From a virus, in IMG/VR virus record IMGVR_UViG_3300022539_000610, positions 1 through 64,000 of that record: a stretch of DNA of 64,000 nt; one strand, written 5' to 3'. The position numbers and the translations under genes are program-made. Positions 1 to 9,505 of this stretch are shown here, one piece after another (the first letter of the stretch is position 1; the number at the start of each line of letters is the position of its first letter). The notes under the pieces were generated by a model that was not told the DNA's origin, made no database searches, and saw only the letters and a program-made list of their open reading frames with translations.

Positions 1-345
1 CCCCATACCCAAAAAATCAAAATCAAACTTTTGACTAAATCTAGACATAACCAAATCAATAAACAATTTATTCCTTCTCGGAATCAACAGACCACCATCA
101 GGACTAAATTCTTGTATAAAACCAGCGCCAACTTCAATCAATGGAAACAACTCAGCCACTGCCTTAGTGGCAATAAGAGGCCATAGAGTCTTCATGGCTC
201 TTCTCTCCCTTTCGGAATAGCTCCCAGGACGATGCACCAAATACACAGGCCAAATCTTATTGTTCGGCCCAAGTTGGGTAACCAACTGGGCTAATACAGC
301 CGTACTATCTACCCCACCACTCCATAAAACTAAAGTATTATCCAT
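1..345 (-). CDS. queC: 7-cyano-7-deazaguanine synthase QueC-like (5' part; runs off the window)
   Basis: Not in ORF track. Hand translation from ATG at 345 (RBS GAGGAGG): MDNTLVLWSGGVDSTAVL...LLIPRRNKLF, with PP-loop SGGxDS and a PxRN motif; lies near folE. Confidence 0.8.
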   Translation of the reverse strand, partial: MDNTLVLWSGGVDSTAVLAQLVTQLGPNNKIWPVYLVHRPGSYSERERRAMKTLWPLIATKAVAELFPLIEVGAGFIQEFSPDGGLLIPRRNKLFIDLVMSRFSQKFDFDFLGMG

Positions 346-359
346 TCAACCCTCCTCTC

Positions 360-1103
360 TCAATATTCAGACATCAACAACCAATCTGTAAAACCGGTAA
401 AACTCTTTTTTACCACAATCTTCGTTTTAGGATAAATCCTTCTAAGCTCATCAAATCTAACAGAAATAGGAATCCTACCAGACCCAAAACCAGAAATTAC
501 CAAAGAGACATGGAAATCTCTTAATGCCCTCATAATAGTCCTTACAAGAATCGGCTCATTGTCCTTCATAAATCTTAACCCTTTATCAGTAGCCTGGTTC
601 ATTGCTCCCAAACCACTGTATCTCTCAAAAAAGTAGGAATTGTCCTCAAGGAGGGTAGGTGATCCAAAATAAGCGACGTCACTCGGATGATTTTCAATGA
701 CTGAAAAAAACTCTCCCCATTGAACAGACCAGACAAATCGATTGGTATGCCTCTTGGACAAACTCCAATTTCCAGGAAAATACCACCCCTTAAACTCCCT
801 CTCATTAACTCGATCAATAATAGCTAACAACTCCGCACACTTGACAAAACCTTTTCCATCTACTAAAGTCTTTCCAATCTGAAACGAAATTTCTTGTTGG
901 TCAGAAGCCACAATGTCTCCCTTAAAGCCAGACCACCTGAGGTACCAAGGGAGTTCTTGTCCGGCAGCAAAAGGAATCAAAACAGAAGCCCCCCGAGGAA
1001 TACAAGAAATGATATCAGGTATCAATAATCGCTGCCCCCCCAAGTACGGAGACCTATACTCTGGACAAGACAATCTTTCGTAAATGGAGTAACTCATCAT
1101 CAC
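360..1103 (-). CDS. Dam/D12-class DNA methyltransferase-like protein with non-canonical catalytic motif
   Basis: SPYLGG..LIPDII..IP..VLIPFAAG and IVASD resemble the N-terminal and SAM-binding motifs of Dam; the DPPY position reads VAYFGSPT. Confidence 0.55.
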   Translation of the reverse strand: MMMSYSIYERLSCPEYRSPYLGGQRLLIPDIISCIPRGASVLIPFAAGQELPWYLRWSGFKGDIVASDQQEISFQIGKTLVDGKGFVKCAELLAIIDRVNEREFKGWYFPGNWSLSKRHTNRFVWSVQWGEFFSVIENHPSDVAYFGSPTLLEDNSYFFERYSGLGAMNQATDKGLRFMKDNEPILVRTIMRALRDFHVSLVISGFGSGRIPISVRFDELRRIYPKTKIVVKKSFTGFTDWLLMSEY

Positions 1104-1188
1104 TTAATCCTCGTAAGAACTTCAATAATCGTTCATTCCATTTAACTTTCCTTTGCTCCGTTTGAACTTCTCGTTTTACTTTATCCAT
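1054..1188 (-). CDS. small hypothetical protein
   Basis: Likely start MDKVKR after AGAGGAG RBS; fills the gap between genes. Confidence 0.4.
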   Translation of the reverse strand: MDKVKREVQTEQRKVKWNERLLKFLRGLSDDELLHLRKIVLSRV

Positions 1189-1260
1189 CTTTACTCCTCT
1201 GTATGTAAGCTGTAAATAAGTTTCAATCAAAGCTGGAAGAATCACCAATAATTAACACTT

Positions 1261-1851
1261 TCATAGTCCTTCTCTATTTATCAATGAAATCATCACAAGG
1301 GTCAAACCTTTCGATTCAAGTGAGGGCTCTTCACGAAAATTACCATATACTACAGAAGTGGTAAGTCCGGCACCCCCCACCTGTTTCACCCCCCTACATT
1401 TTACACAAGCATGTATAGCCCTCATAAGAATCATGGCTCCCAAAGGTTCTATAGCTTTAACAAACACTCGCATAGCCTCATGCCCAATATGCTCTTGCAG
1501 TTGTGGTCGAGCAGCATAGTGTTCAATCATCTTAGGCATCTTAGAAGCGCCCACCAACTTCTTATCCGGTATATAGAGCACCCAGGCATGCCCGGAAAAC
1601 GGGAGAAAATGATGTGCACACATAGAAGTAAAAAAGATCTTATCAGACATGATAATCTGATCATAACCATAAGCATTAGGGGATGATTGAAAATCAGTGA
1701 ACTCAACCCCTACATTCTTAAGAAATTCCTCACCATACATCTTAGCCATACGCTTAGGGGTATCTTTCAAGCTCGAATCAGTCAAATCTAATTTATACAC
1801 ATCAGACAAAAGTTGCTTAATAAGTAATTCAGCCCGGTCATATTCAATCAT
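1261..1851 (-). CDS. folE: GTP cyclohydrolase I
   Basis: DTPKRMAKMY, SMCAHHFLPFSG, RPQLQE, HACVKCRGV motifs. Confidence 0.95.
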   Translation of the reverse strand: MIEYDRAELLIKQLLSDVYKLDLTDSSLKDTPKRMAKMYGEEFLKNVGVEFTDFQSSPNAYGYDQIIMSDKIFFTSMCAHHFLPFSGHAWVLYIPDKKLVGASKMPKMIEHYAARPQLQEHIGHEAMRVFVKAIEPLGAMILMRAIHACVKCRGVKQVGGAGLTTSVVYGNFREEPSLESKGLTLVMISLINREGL

Positions 1852-1923
1852 TAGTTGTCCCCCGTTACTAACTTAACCATCCTTCTCCATTTAAACCTCT
1901 AACCACCTTATTTTTCCTAGTCA

Positions 1924-1952
1924 GACTCAGGCACAACAAACATGCCTGAGTC
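1924..1952. other. intergenic stem-loop (10-bp perfect stem)
   Basis: GACTCAGGCA-N9-TGCCTGAGTC just after the stop of 1970..2698; no U-tract follows. Confidence 0.5.
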
Positions 1953-1969
1953 CGCGCTAATGTTACAAC

Positions 1970-2698
1970 CTACTTTTTAACCCCAGCCGGAAAATCTTTA
2001 CCCTTCTTCCACTGGCATACCCAAAACCTAATAGTGGACAACTTTACTCTCTCATTAATAAAACTATGGAGGTCCTTGACTTCCTCGGTGCCTTTGGATT
2101 CCTCCCACTTGGTATATACCAGAAACTTATTACTCGGAGAACCCTTCTCCTTTACCTCTTTCCCCTTACCTTCGGAATTACCTTTCGTGACTACCTCTGC
2201 CTGAGCAACCTCTTTGGTAGGTTGCTCTTTTTTCTTGGTCTCCTTCTCTTTTCCTTTTTTAGGTTCTTTTTTCTTAGCCATGATTTCTCCTTCTTCTAAT
2301 TGTTGGTTAATAGATTCTTCCTCTTCCTTCACTTCTGTCTCAGACACCCCTTGAGTCTGAGTCATTTCCTTACACTTCTCAAACTCATTGGGATAATCTT
2401 CTTGACACTGCTTACATTCCTTCAACTTAGGATTCCACCCAGTGCCATACATCTCGCATTCATCTGTGGCTGCAGCAACTGTGACTTCATCAGATATCTC
2501 ATTGTATAAAGAAACCACAACATCAGGCAACTTTCCCTCCTTCTCAAATGGAACGGCCTCTGCTGCATCCACAAAATGAGCAAGTAACTTATTTGGATCA
2601 ACACCTTCATCCAAAGCAATCTGCTTCTCCGATAGCTCTGAATCATTTAATGCCTTTACTGCTTCTTCTAACCTCTCAAATTCAATTGTCTTTCCCAT
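1970..2698 (-). CDS. hypothetical protein with acidic N-terminus, Cys cluster and Lys-rich linker
   Basis: 242-aa ORF with RBS and upstream TATAAT; C..CxxC..C motif. Confidence 0.75.
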   Translation of the reverse strand: MGKTIEFERLEEAVKALNDSELSEKQIALDEGVDPNKLLAHFVDAAEAVPFEKEGKLPDVVVSLYNEISDEVTVAAATDECEMYGTGWNPKLKECKQCQEDYPNEFEKCKEMTQTQGVSETEVKEEEESINQQLEEGEIMAKKKEPKKGKEKETKKKEQPTKEVAQAEVVTKGNSEGKGKEVKEKGSPSNKFLVYTKWEESKGTEEVKDLHSFINERVKLSTIRFWVCQWKKGKDFPAGVKK

Positions 2699-2749
2699 CT
2701 CTTCTCTCCTCCTTTAATTATAATAATCTTTACTATGATTTATAAACAT

Positions 2750-3460
2750 TTACTCAATACTCTGTAATTCCATCAGTCCGTGTTCGCTAGTCATAGGGCC
2801 GAGCCATCCAATGCGTTTGACCATGCCAACACCTTCAGCATACCAAGCAACCCATTTGTAATTGCTAGTGGTACAATGAACTTTAATACATCCAGTAAAA
2901 GTCCCTGCGGGCACCGTGACATCTTCAATGGCTAATATGGAGAACATTTTCGTGTTAGTTTCACTATCAATACCACCAACGGATTTTGTAGCTATATAGC
3001 CGCCACCCCAGATTTTCCCTACTTCTTTAGGGCCAGCTAAGTCAACACCAAGCAACGGCGGGTCATATGTAAGATCCTTTATAAGTATACCAGAGGTATC
3101 ATACTCATTACGACCAATTTCCATAGTACCCTCTGGGCTATCGGCGGTCAAATATTCTACGCTTGACCCGTCTAAGTATGTCCATGTCTCCATGCCAGGT
3201 TCCGTGATTATGGAGACCAGGGTTGTTGGTGAGCCGGTGTGCTCGAAGGTTTTGGTGGTATTTGTCGGGGTGCCATAATCATACATTACTACCAGATTCT
3301 TATTCATGATATATTGGATGGCTTCAAACATCTCATTCATCTGATCTGCCTTGGCCACAGCACCTTTTTCAAAGACATGCGGCACCACCAGGGCCTCATC
3401 TGCTGCCCAGGCAAGTGAAAAGGACATGATAATGATACATGTTATTATTAGCTTTTTCAT
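2750..3460 (-). CDS. secreted protein (signal peptide; VTVPAGTF..WYAEGVGMVK C-terminal motif)
   Basis: Start MKKLIITC after GAGGAG; signal peptide ending AWA. Confidence 0.75.
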   Translation of the reverse strand: MKKLIITCIIIMSFSLAWAADEALVVPHVFEKGAVAKADQMNEMFEAIQYIMNKNLVVMYDYGTPTNTTKTFEHTGSPTTLVSIITEPGMETWTYLDGSSVEYLTADSPEGTMEIGRNEYDTSGILIKDLTYDPPLLGVDLAGPKEVGKIWGGGYIATKSVGGIDSETNTKMFSILAIEDVTVPAGTFTGCIKVHCTTSNYKWVAWYAEGVGMVKRIGWLGPMTSEHGLMELQSIE

Positions 3461-3482
3461 AATTTCTCCTCTTTCTAAATGT

Positions 3483-3758
3483 TTATTCCCAAGTTCCCTC
3501 GCCCCATTTGCTTTGTCCCCAGATGAAGGGAGCAGGGGTTGTGTCATCTTCTTCTGGTTCTTCATTTACTTCCTCATCTGGTTCTTCATTTACTTCCTCA
3601 TCTGGTTCTTCATTTGGCTGTGAAGGTTGCCCATTGATAACTGGATCTACCATTACGTCCCCATTCTGACCATCCCTATTACTTCCATCATTACAACCGA
3701 CCAATATTAAAACCAACACCAATACAAATAATATACTTATTCTTTTCATACTAATCAT
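3483..3758 (-). CDS. small acidic lipoprotein
   Basis: Hydrophobic N-terminus with LVGC lipobox, NEEPDEEV repeats, W-x4-W-x4-W C-terminus. Confidence 0.75.
   Translation of the reverse strand: MISMKRISILFVLVLVLILVGCNDGSNRDGQNGDVMVDPVINGQPSQPNEEPDEEVNEEPDEEVNEEPEEDDTTPAPFIWGQSKWGEGTWE
3554..3615. repeat. 24-bp in-frame tandem repeat (~2.6 copies)
   Basis: ctggttcttcatttacttcctcat x2 plus a partial copy; encodes NEEPDEEV. Confidence 0.9.
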
Positions 3759-3772
3759 TCCTCCTTTCGTAA

Positions 3773-4438
3773 TTATTTATCTTCTTTCAAACCAATGTAC
3801 TTATGGAGCTGCAAGTTTACAATAGCATCAAATTGCTCCAACTTCTCCAAATACTGAATCAAGTCTTTTGGATCTAACTCTCCATGAAGAGGTGAAAATG
3901 CAAATCTTGCTCCACATCCTTTCCTTTCCAACTCCTTACGAATCAGCACCGCTTCAATACAATCTGCTAAACTTCCTACCACAAACTTAACAAAATCTAA
4001 GCCTCGTAAATGTATGAAGGCTTCCTCATTCATCTTATCTCTCATCCCAGAATTCAACAACTTATAATCAACAACACAAGAACCAACATAATACTCCCTC
4101 CCAAACCCAAAACCTGGCAAAGGAGGATAACAACCATTAGTTTCAACAGAAATCAAAATCCCTTTTAATGTTAATGCTTTTATTAGCAAAAAGAAGTCTG
4201 ACTGGAGTAATGGCTCCCCTCCTGTAATTGTAACTTTTGGACACCTCAACTCCAATACCTTCTCTACAATCTCTTCAACACTCATTTCTTTACCTACACT
4301 GGGGTCTTGAGCATAAAGGGTGTCGCAGTACTTACATTTCAAGTTACAGCCAGCAGTCCGAATAAATGTGGTGAACACCCCCTGATGAAAGCGATCAACT
4401 TCACCTGAAATCGACCGAAAGATACTATATATCTGCAT
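3773..4438 (-). CDS. queE: 7-carboxy-7-deazaguanine synthase (radical SAM)
   Basis: IFRSISGE, FIRTAGCNLKCKYCDT, ITGGEPLLQ, VETNG, LQLHK. Confidence 0.93.
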   Translation of the reverse strand: MQIYSIFRSISGEVDRFHQGVFTTFIRTAGCNLKCKYCDTLYAQDPSVGKEMSVEEIVEKVLELRCPKVTITGGEPLLQSDFFLLIKALTLKGILISVETNGCYPPLPGFGFGREYYVGSCVVDYKLLNSGMRDKMNEEAFIHLRGLDFVKFVVGSLADCIEAVLIRKELERKGCGARFAFSPLHGELDPKDLIQYLEKLEQFDAIVNLQLHKYIGLKEDK

Positions 4439-4804
4439 TTAATCCCTCCTCCACTCGGCATAGGAGTCCTCTGTTTCATAAAGACGAATTCGAACAAGTG
4501 ACTCATTAAAATAGGGAAGCAACCAATCCCGAATCCACTCAACCAAATTCTCAGCAGTAGAAATGGCTACAATATCATTCAAATCACAATGGTCAACAAC
4601 AGAAAGAACTTCTTTTTTGACTATACGAGTTAGTTCTCTAAAATCAATCACCATTCCTGGGTAAGATTCCAAGCACTCATCTGTTCCCCCTCTGACTTCT
4701 ATAAAAAGTTTGTAAGAATGACCATGCCGGTCTGCGCAACTTCCAGGGTAGTCCGGCAATGAATGAGCTGCCTCAAAAGTAAATCTTTTACATACAGTTA
4801 ACAT
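4439..4804 (-). CDS. queD: 6-carboxy-5,6,7,8-tetrahydropterin synthase
   Basis: FEAAHSL..C...HGHSY, GMVIDF, DH..LN, TAENL, LYET. Confidence 0.95.
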   Translation of the reverse strand: MLTVCKRFTFEAAHSLPDYPGSCADRHGHSYKLFIEVRGGTDECLESYPGMVIDFRELTRIVKKEVLSVVDHCDLNDIVAISTAENLVEWIRDWLLPYFNESLVRIRLYETEDSYAEWRRD

Positions 4805-4806
4805 CC

Positions 4807-5163
4807 TTACTCCTCCCTCTTAGGCTTTCCACATGACTGACAAATATTAGTCTTCCTCCAATCAGTCAATAATGCCGGTCTATTCCCTTCCTCATAACAA
4901 ATGCAATACTCTCCCTCAACAACATTCCTTTCTTTCTCCTTTGGTTTGTGTACGACTTTCCCAAACTCTGACTTCGCATACTTCTTAAACCCAGTCAGTT
5001 CAAATTCTTCTGGTTCAACTTTGGTAACATAATGTTTCAAATTCTCAAATCCAACTGCCCGTACAACCTCAGCCCACGCCGACCCGTAATCGTACAAAGA
5101 AATACATTGTAGCGCTACACATATTCCACCATAGAATGCTTTGTCCTTATCGGTTAACCTCAC
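4807..5163 (-). CDS. hypothetical protein with C-terminal Zn-ribbon
   Basis: CxC...CxxC; coupled to neighbouring genes. Confidence 0.65.
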   Translation of the reverse strand: MRLTDKDKAFYGGICVALQCISLYDYGSAWAEVVRAVGFENLKHYVTKVEPEEFELTGFKKYAKSEFGKVVHKPKEKERNVVEGEYCICYEEGNRPALLTDWRKTNICQSCGKPKREE

Positions 5164-5390
5164 TTCTCCCCTTCCAGAACAATCCGATATTCAAAAAGCG
5201 TCAACCCTCCATGGCCTGTTAAAGTATGTATTGTTTCACCATGCTGCTCATAAGTCGATTTACCAGCACATAAAAGGTCTCGATCCTTTCTTATCTCCAG
5301 TTCAAGGTCCTCTAATGAGTCAACATCAAACGTTTTTTCACCATAACATCCTACAATACCTAAACGTGTTCCTCCTTCAACCGTAAACAT
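5160..5390 (-). CDS. hypothetical protein
   Basis: Strong RBS; overlaps next gene. Confidence 0.6.
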   Translation of the reverse strand: MFTVEGGTRLGIVGCYGEKTFDVDSLEDLELEIRKDRDLLCAGKSTYEQHGETIHTLTGHGGLTLFEYRIVLEGEK

Positions 5391-5409
5391 ATCCTTTCCT
5401 CCTTCCTCA

Positions 5410-5613
5410 CTAGGTACAAACTTCCTTTATCACAGCAGACAAGGTGAGCACTGCAATACGATACCGATCCACTGCATCAACAAGTTCAGGGTATTGTTTA
5501 CGTAATAAAGGTAATTTTTCCTTCCATTGAACCCACCTTGTCACATCCCCCTTTTCTTCCCAAAAATACCGTACCATATCCAAATCTTCATCTGTAATTT
5601 TTTCAGTCTCCAT
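5410..5613 (-). CDS. hypothetical protein
   Basis: Likely start METEK after purine-rich RBS. Confidence 0.55.
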   Translation of the reverse strand: METEKITDEDLDMVRYFWEEKGDVTRWVQWKEKLPLLRKQYPELVDAVDRYRIAVLTLSAVIKEVCT

Positions 5614-5755
5614 TTCTTCTTCCCATTTAACCATTAAAAACAATATCAAGTAACAAGGCTATAAGAGCCATAATACCCCAAAACCATCCAAAGTTGGCCC
5701 AAAAAGCCATTATAATTAATATCCCTAAAAATATTGTCATCTTACCTCCTTTCCC

Positions 5756-6004
5756 TCACTTAAGCCGCATCTCTTTCCCTGTCAATGCCATCACAATGTC
5801 TCTAACAGAATCTTCATGTTCTTTTACCATTCTCTTTTGATCCTTCTCAGCTACTTTAGCTTCTTCTTCAGAAGACGAGTGCGCCAGTTGTTGTATACCA
5901 CCTAAATTAGAAAACGCTTCATCTAAAATCTTATGTACCTCATAAGCTTCACCTAAACTCGTAAGACCTTGTCCCATAAAAATAATTTCATGTATCCGTC
6001 TCAT
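5756..6004 (-). CDS. hypothetical protein
   Basis: ORF with RBS. Confidence 0.6.
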   Translation of the reverse strand: MRRIHEIIFMGQGLTSLGEAYEVHKILDEAFSNLGGIQQLAHSSSEEEAKVAEKDQKRMVKEHEDSVRDIVMALTGKEMRLK

Positions 6005-6018
6005 TTTTCCTTTCCTCT

Positions 6019-6408
6019 TTACCGCTCATAGATACTTTGGTACTCTGGATTCCCAACTAAACGATCTCCAAAACTGTTTGAGAGCCCAAAGCCAGATAAC
6101 AGACCTACTCCATCACAACTCAACATGAGCCCATAAAATTTCTTAAGGAGGAGATCACGATCCTCTGGAACAAACTCAAAAAACCTTTTCATTCTTCTCC
6201 GGAACACTCCAAACTGGGCTTTCTGCTTCCTGTCAGAACATAACTCCTCCAGCTCCAGCACCATCTCAGAAAGACCAACAGCCAACTCTTTAATTGCTTC
6301 ATTAGACCAATATTTTAAGGTAGGAATTGCCTCCATCATTGTAAAAAATGACTTTCCTGGTTTTTGGTTATGAATCGAAAATTCATTAAACAAAATATAA
6401 TTCTCCAT
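6019..6408 (-). CDS. hypothetical protein
   Basis: Start MENYILF after TATAAT and GGGAGG. Confidence 0.65.
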   Translation of the reverse strand: MENYILFNEFSIHNQKPGKSFFTMMEAIPTLKYWSNEAIKELAVGLSEMVLELEELCSDRKQKAQFGVFRRRMKRFFEFVPEDRDLLLKKFYGLMLSCDGVGLLSGFGLSNSFGDRLVGNPEYQSIYER

Positions 6409-6529
6409 TTCTTCCTCCCTTCTCACTTTTATTATAATGATTTTTGAAGAAGTTAGAAAAACTTTAAAAAAATAAAGGTCACTGGGATGGGATTCTACCA
6501 TAGAAGATATTCCGGTAGGAATTACCCGC

Positions 6530-7207
6530 CTATATTACCTTCCTCCACCCCAGCGATTTATAATGTATAATTGGTACCACAAAACTATCCTCCAAAACTC
6601 GCTTTCCATATCTCCTAAAAACAGCCTCCTTTAGAATAGGTTCACCTGTAAAAGTGACATAAAAATTAACCCCCGCTTCTACTAAACAATCAAAGTTCCT
6701 CCATAATAAATCATAATTTACTGGAAAATCTTTCAAACTTACTACATGTAACCCCGGAAGATTCTCCAACCACTCTAATTCATACTCCTTTTCGATTAAC
6801 AAGAAATCACTATGAAACACTGGCGGTAATGAAGCTATCTCTTTCCAATTCTCTAAATACAAAGCCGGAGCACCTCCCATCAAATGGAACACACTTACAA
6901 AAGCTTTATCAAAAGAAGTGATTAATTCCTCCGTTGATTTATATATTGGTTTACCAAAAACCCCACTTTTTGTAACATAACAATAACTACAACTTAGAGG
7001 ACAACCATACAACTGTACTACAAATTGTACCGCATTGATTGTATATCCAAATCTTCGCTCAAAAATTACGGGAAATCTATCATAACCACCTCCTCCTTTA
7101 TACACATCACATAAACGATAGAGTCCATTCTCAAGAAGGTCATCTGGATTTACATCCAATAACTGATTACTACAAATTGGTACCACCGGCCACTTTCTCA
7201 CTACCAT
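6530..7207 (-). CDS. radical SAM protein (divergent)
   Basis: GCPLSCSYCYV (CxxxCxxC) and LMGGAP; overlaps the end of dnaB. Confidence 0.8.
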   Translation of the reverse strand: MVVRKWPVVPICSNQLLDVNPDDLLENGLYRLCDVYKGGGGYDRFPVIFERRFGYTINAVQFVVQLYGCPLSCSYCYVTKSGVFGKPIYKSTEELITSFDKAFVSVFHLMGGAPALYLENWKEIASLPPVFHSDFLLIEKEYELEWLENLPGLHVVSLKDFPVNYDLLWRNFDCLVEAGVNFYVTFTGEPILKEAVFRRYGKRVLEDSFVVPIIHYKSLGWRKVI

Positions 7208-8721
7208 TCCACCTCCTCCGAATCAATAAAAGGTTGACCTGCTTTGAGCTGTTGTAAAACCGTTACCTGCCTTAGCTCATTAAAATCTTGATCCCTCAAG
7301 ACAACACTTATCCTCATCACCCCTCTGGCCTTCTCACTCCCAGTTTGAGAAATGATAAACATCCCGTCAACATGAGCAAGCTTTCGATAATCCTCAGAAA
7401 CATCACCCGATTTCGTAGTCTTCTTGTCCCACGAAGCCTTGTTTGTCTGAGTAGCAGTGGCTACAAGACACCTCCTCTCTGCGGACAGACCACCAAGAGT
7501 TTTCCAGGTTTCATCTACCATCTCCCTCCCCTCTGTGCGTTCCTTCTCTGGCTTTAGAATATCAGCATAATCAACAACAATCACATCTGGTACAAATCCC
7601 TCTGAAAACTCAAGAATATCTAAATCATGCTTAATATCAGTGATGTTAGCCGAAAACCTCGGATAGGCAATTAACCTAAAGTTATTCAATAGTCCATAAG
7701 TAGAGGCCATTGCTTTGACTGACTTTCTAACTGTTGTGCGAGTGAACTTAGGCCGCTCTACCACAGTGAACCAAGTAGTAGGGATAAAATGCTCCTTATC
7801 TCTGGTCCGACACCACATACAAGGTCTATACTTGAGATTAGAATTATACTTGGGAGCATTGCCTTCTTCATCTAAAAGAGTGACAGTGTTTTGTCTGACC
7901 CTCCGCTGGCAAGAACCATCCTGATTGCTAAGACAATCGAAACAAGGGTAGACGACTGATCCCCCCTGCTCAACCGCAGAGGTGACCCGTTTATACAACC
8001 TCCTCTCAATCTTGACATCCCTCATCTCCAGAGAGATAAAGGCGACCTTAAACCTATACATTACCCCCAGGATAGCAAGCTCCTGGAGCCACCAAGATTT
8101 AGTCCTCTTCGTGGGGCCCATGAAACCAATGAAGTGACCTCTTTCAAAATCCTTAGCCATCTCCCCCAACTTCCCTGGAAAACGAAAGAGGATATCATCC
8201 TTCTGATAATCAAAAACCCGATTGATTTCCTTGGGTGAAAATGGACTTACCCACTTTGACGTCTGCTTAGCCACTTTTCTGTAGTTTGCTACCTGAGCTT
8301 CTGCTTCCTTTATCCTCCCAGTGTCAAGTAGAGAAGAGACATTTTTATCCAAAAGACGAAGCCCACGCTCTATACTATACTCCAACCCCTTGTCTACACA
8401 ATAGTCGGCATTAAAAGAGTCTTCCTCCTCATACTTCCCTGAGAGCTCAACTAAAAAATCCTCAACCACAGGTACTGCAGAGGGTTTAATCTTTGCCTTC
8501 TCCGCCTCAAATAAATCACGTAAATGAGCTCCTGGAGCCTTCTCATAGCTGGCATAGTAGGAACGAATCCACTTAAAAACAATCGCTGCATATTCACTCT
8601 GCAAATACTCAGGTTTGAGTGCAGGGATTAACTCCCTACATACTTTGTCCGAAACGGCAAGGCCAGTCAGAATCCGTTTCTCAACACTAATGTCAACTCT
8701 TCTGCGTCTTAATTCTGCCAT
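7201..8721 (-). CDS. dnaB: DnaB-like replicative helicase with inserted Cys-rich segment
   Basis: GPTKRTKS (variant Walker A), FISLEM, IVVDYADIL, ATQTNK. Confidence 0.85.
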   Translation of the reverse strand: MAELRRRRVDISVEKRILTGLAVSDKVCRELIPALKPEYLQSEYAAIVFKWIRSYYASYEKAPGAHLRDLFEAEKAKIKPSAVPVVEDFLVELSGKYEEEDSFNADYCVDKGLEYSIERGLRLLDKNVSSLLDTGRIKEAEAQVANYRKVAKQTSKWVSPFSPKEINRVFDYQKDDILFRFPGKLGEMAKDFERGHFIGFMGPTKRTKSWWLQELAILGVMYRFKVAFISLEMRDVKIERRLYKRVTSAVEQGGSVVYPCFDCLSNQDGSCQRRVRQNTVTLLDEEGNAPKYNSNLKYRPCMWCRTRDKEHFIPTTWFTVVERPKFTRTTVRKSVKAMASTYGLLNNFRLIAYPRFSANITDIKHDLDILEFSEGFVPDVIVVDYADILKPEKERTEGREMVDETWKTLGGLSAERRCLVATATQTNKASWDKKTTKSGDVSEDYRKLAHVDGMFIISQTGSEKARGVMRISVVLRDQDFNELRQVTVLQQLKAGQPFIDSEEVEW

Positions 8722-9007
8722 TTGTAGACGACTCCTTGATAGCTTTCATGTATCCTCTTATTTGTTTAGATCCTGTAGAACCTTGTCTTTTAGGTTTAGA
8801 TTTAGTTTTGCTATCCTTTCTCCTTCTCTTCTTTAGCATCCTAATATTTAATTTAGTCTTTCCAAGCATCCGCCCCTTCACAATTAGAAAAAGAAACTCA
8901 TCGGATACACCATAGAAATTACCCGTACGTTTCCTCATTACAACCTTTTGTTCGAGTTCCTTTAAAACGTCTTCATCAATAACTAATTCAACTTTATACT
9001 CACTCAT
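8693..9007 (-). CDS. basic hypothetical protein
   Basis: RBS plus TATAAT motif. Confidence 0.6.
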   Translation of the reverse strand: MSEYKVELVIDEDVLKELEQKVVMRKRTGNFYGVSDEFLFLIVKGRMLGKTKLNIRMLKKRRRKDSKTKSKPKRQGSTGSKQIRGYMKAIKESSTNGRIKTQKS

Positions 9008-9022
9008 TTTTCCTCCCGTGTA

Positions 9023-9505
9023 TTATAGCGCCTTATCTCCCCAAAACGCATTATCTCCCTTGTATGTATTATAATGAATACATAACTCCTTTCTTACTTT
9101 CATTAAAATCTTTCCTAAATGATTCTGTCCTACACCATTACAAACACCCCAAAACTTATCACCCCACCAGTTACCCTCAATCAACTCGGTGTCTCCAGTG
9201 GCTAAAAGTTTATCTCTCAGGGTTTTCCGGCGAAACTTACTCCTAACTAAAGTCTCCATTACAGTAAGTTTGATCTCTTCCCAGTCAGGTCGAAGAAAGA
9301 TAACTCTTCCAGCCCGCTTTGCTTCACCAGGCGTAGATAGATCCCTTATGCGCTCTTTGTCAGGCTCATAACGAGCTTTCGCCGCTTGATATGCATGCTC
9401 CACAGAAGGGTATATTAGACCTTCAAAATAAAGGTTGACAGCGTAAAAGTTTGAAAGAAATTTATATCTCCCACTAAACTTACTTATCTCACTCTGCTCA
9501 CTCAT
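9023..9505 (-). CDS. NADAR (YbiA-like) family protein
   Basis: FLSNFY, SVEHAYQAAK, RPDWE, LLATGD..LIEGN.WGD.FWG, N.LGKILM.VR. Confidence 0.92.
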   Translation of the reverse strand: MSEQSEISKFSGRYKFLSNFYAVNLYFEGLIYPSVEHAYQAAKARYEPDKERIRDLSTPGEAKRAGRVIFLRPDWEEIKLTVMETLVRSKFRRKTLRDKLLATGDTELIEGNWWGDKFWGVCNGVGQNHLGKILMKVRKELCIHYNTYKGDNAFWGDKAL

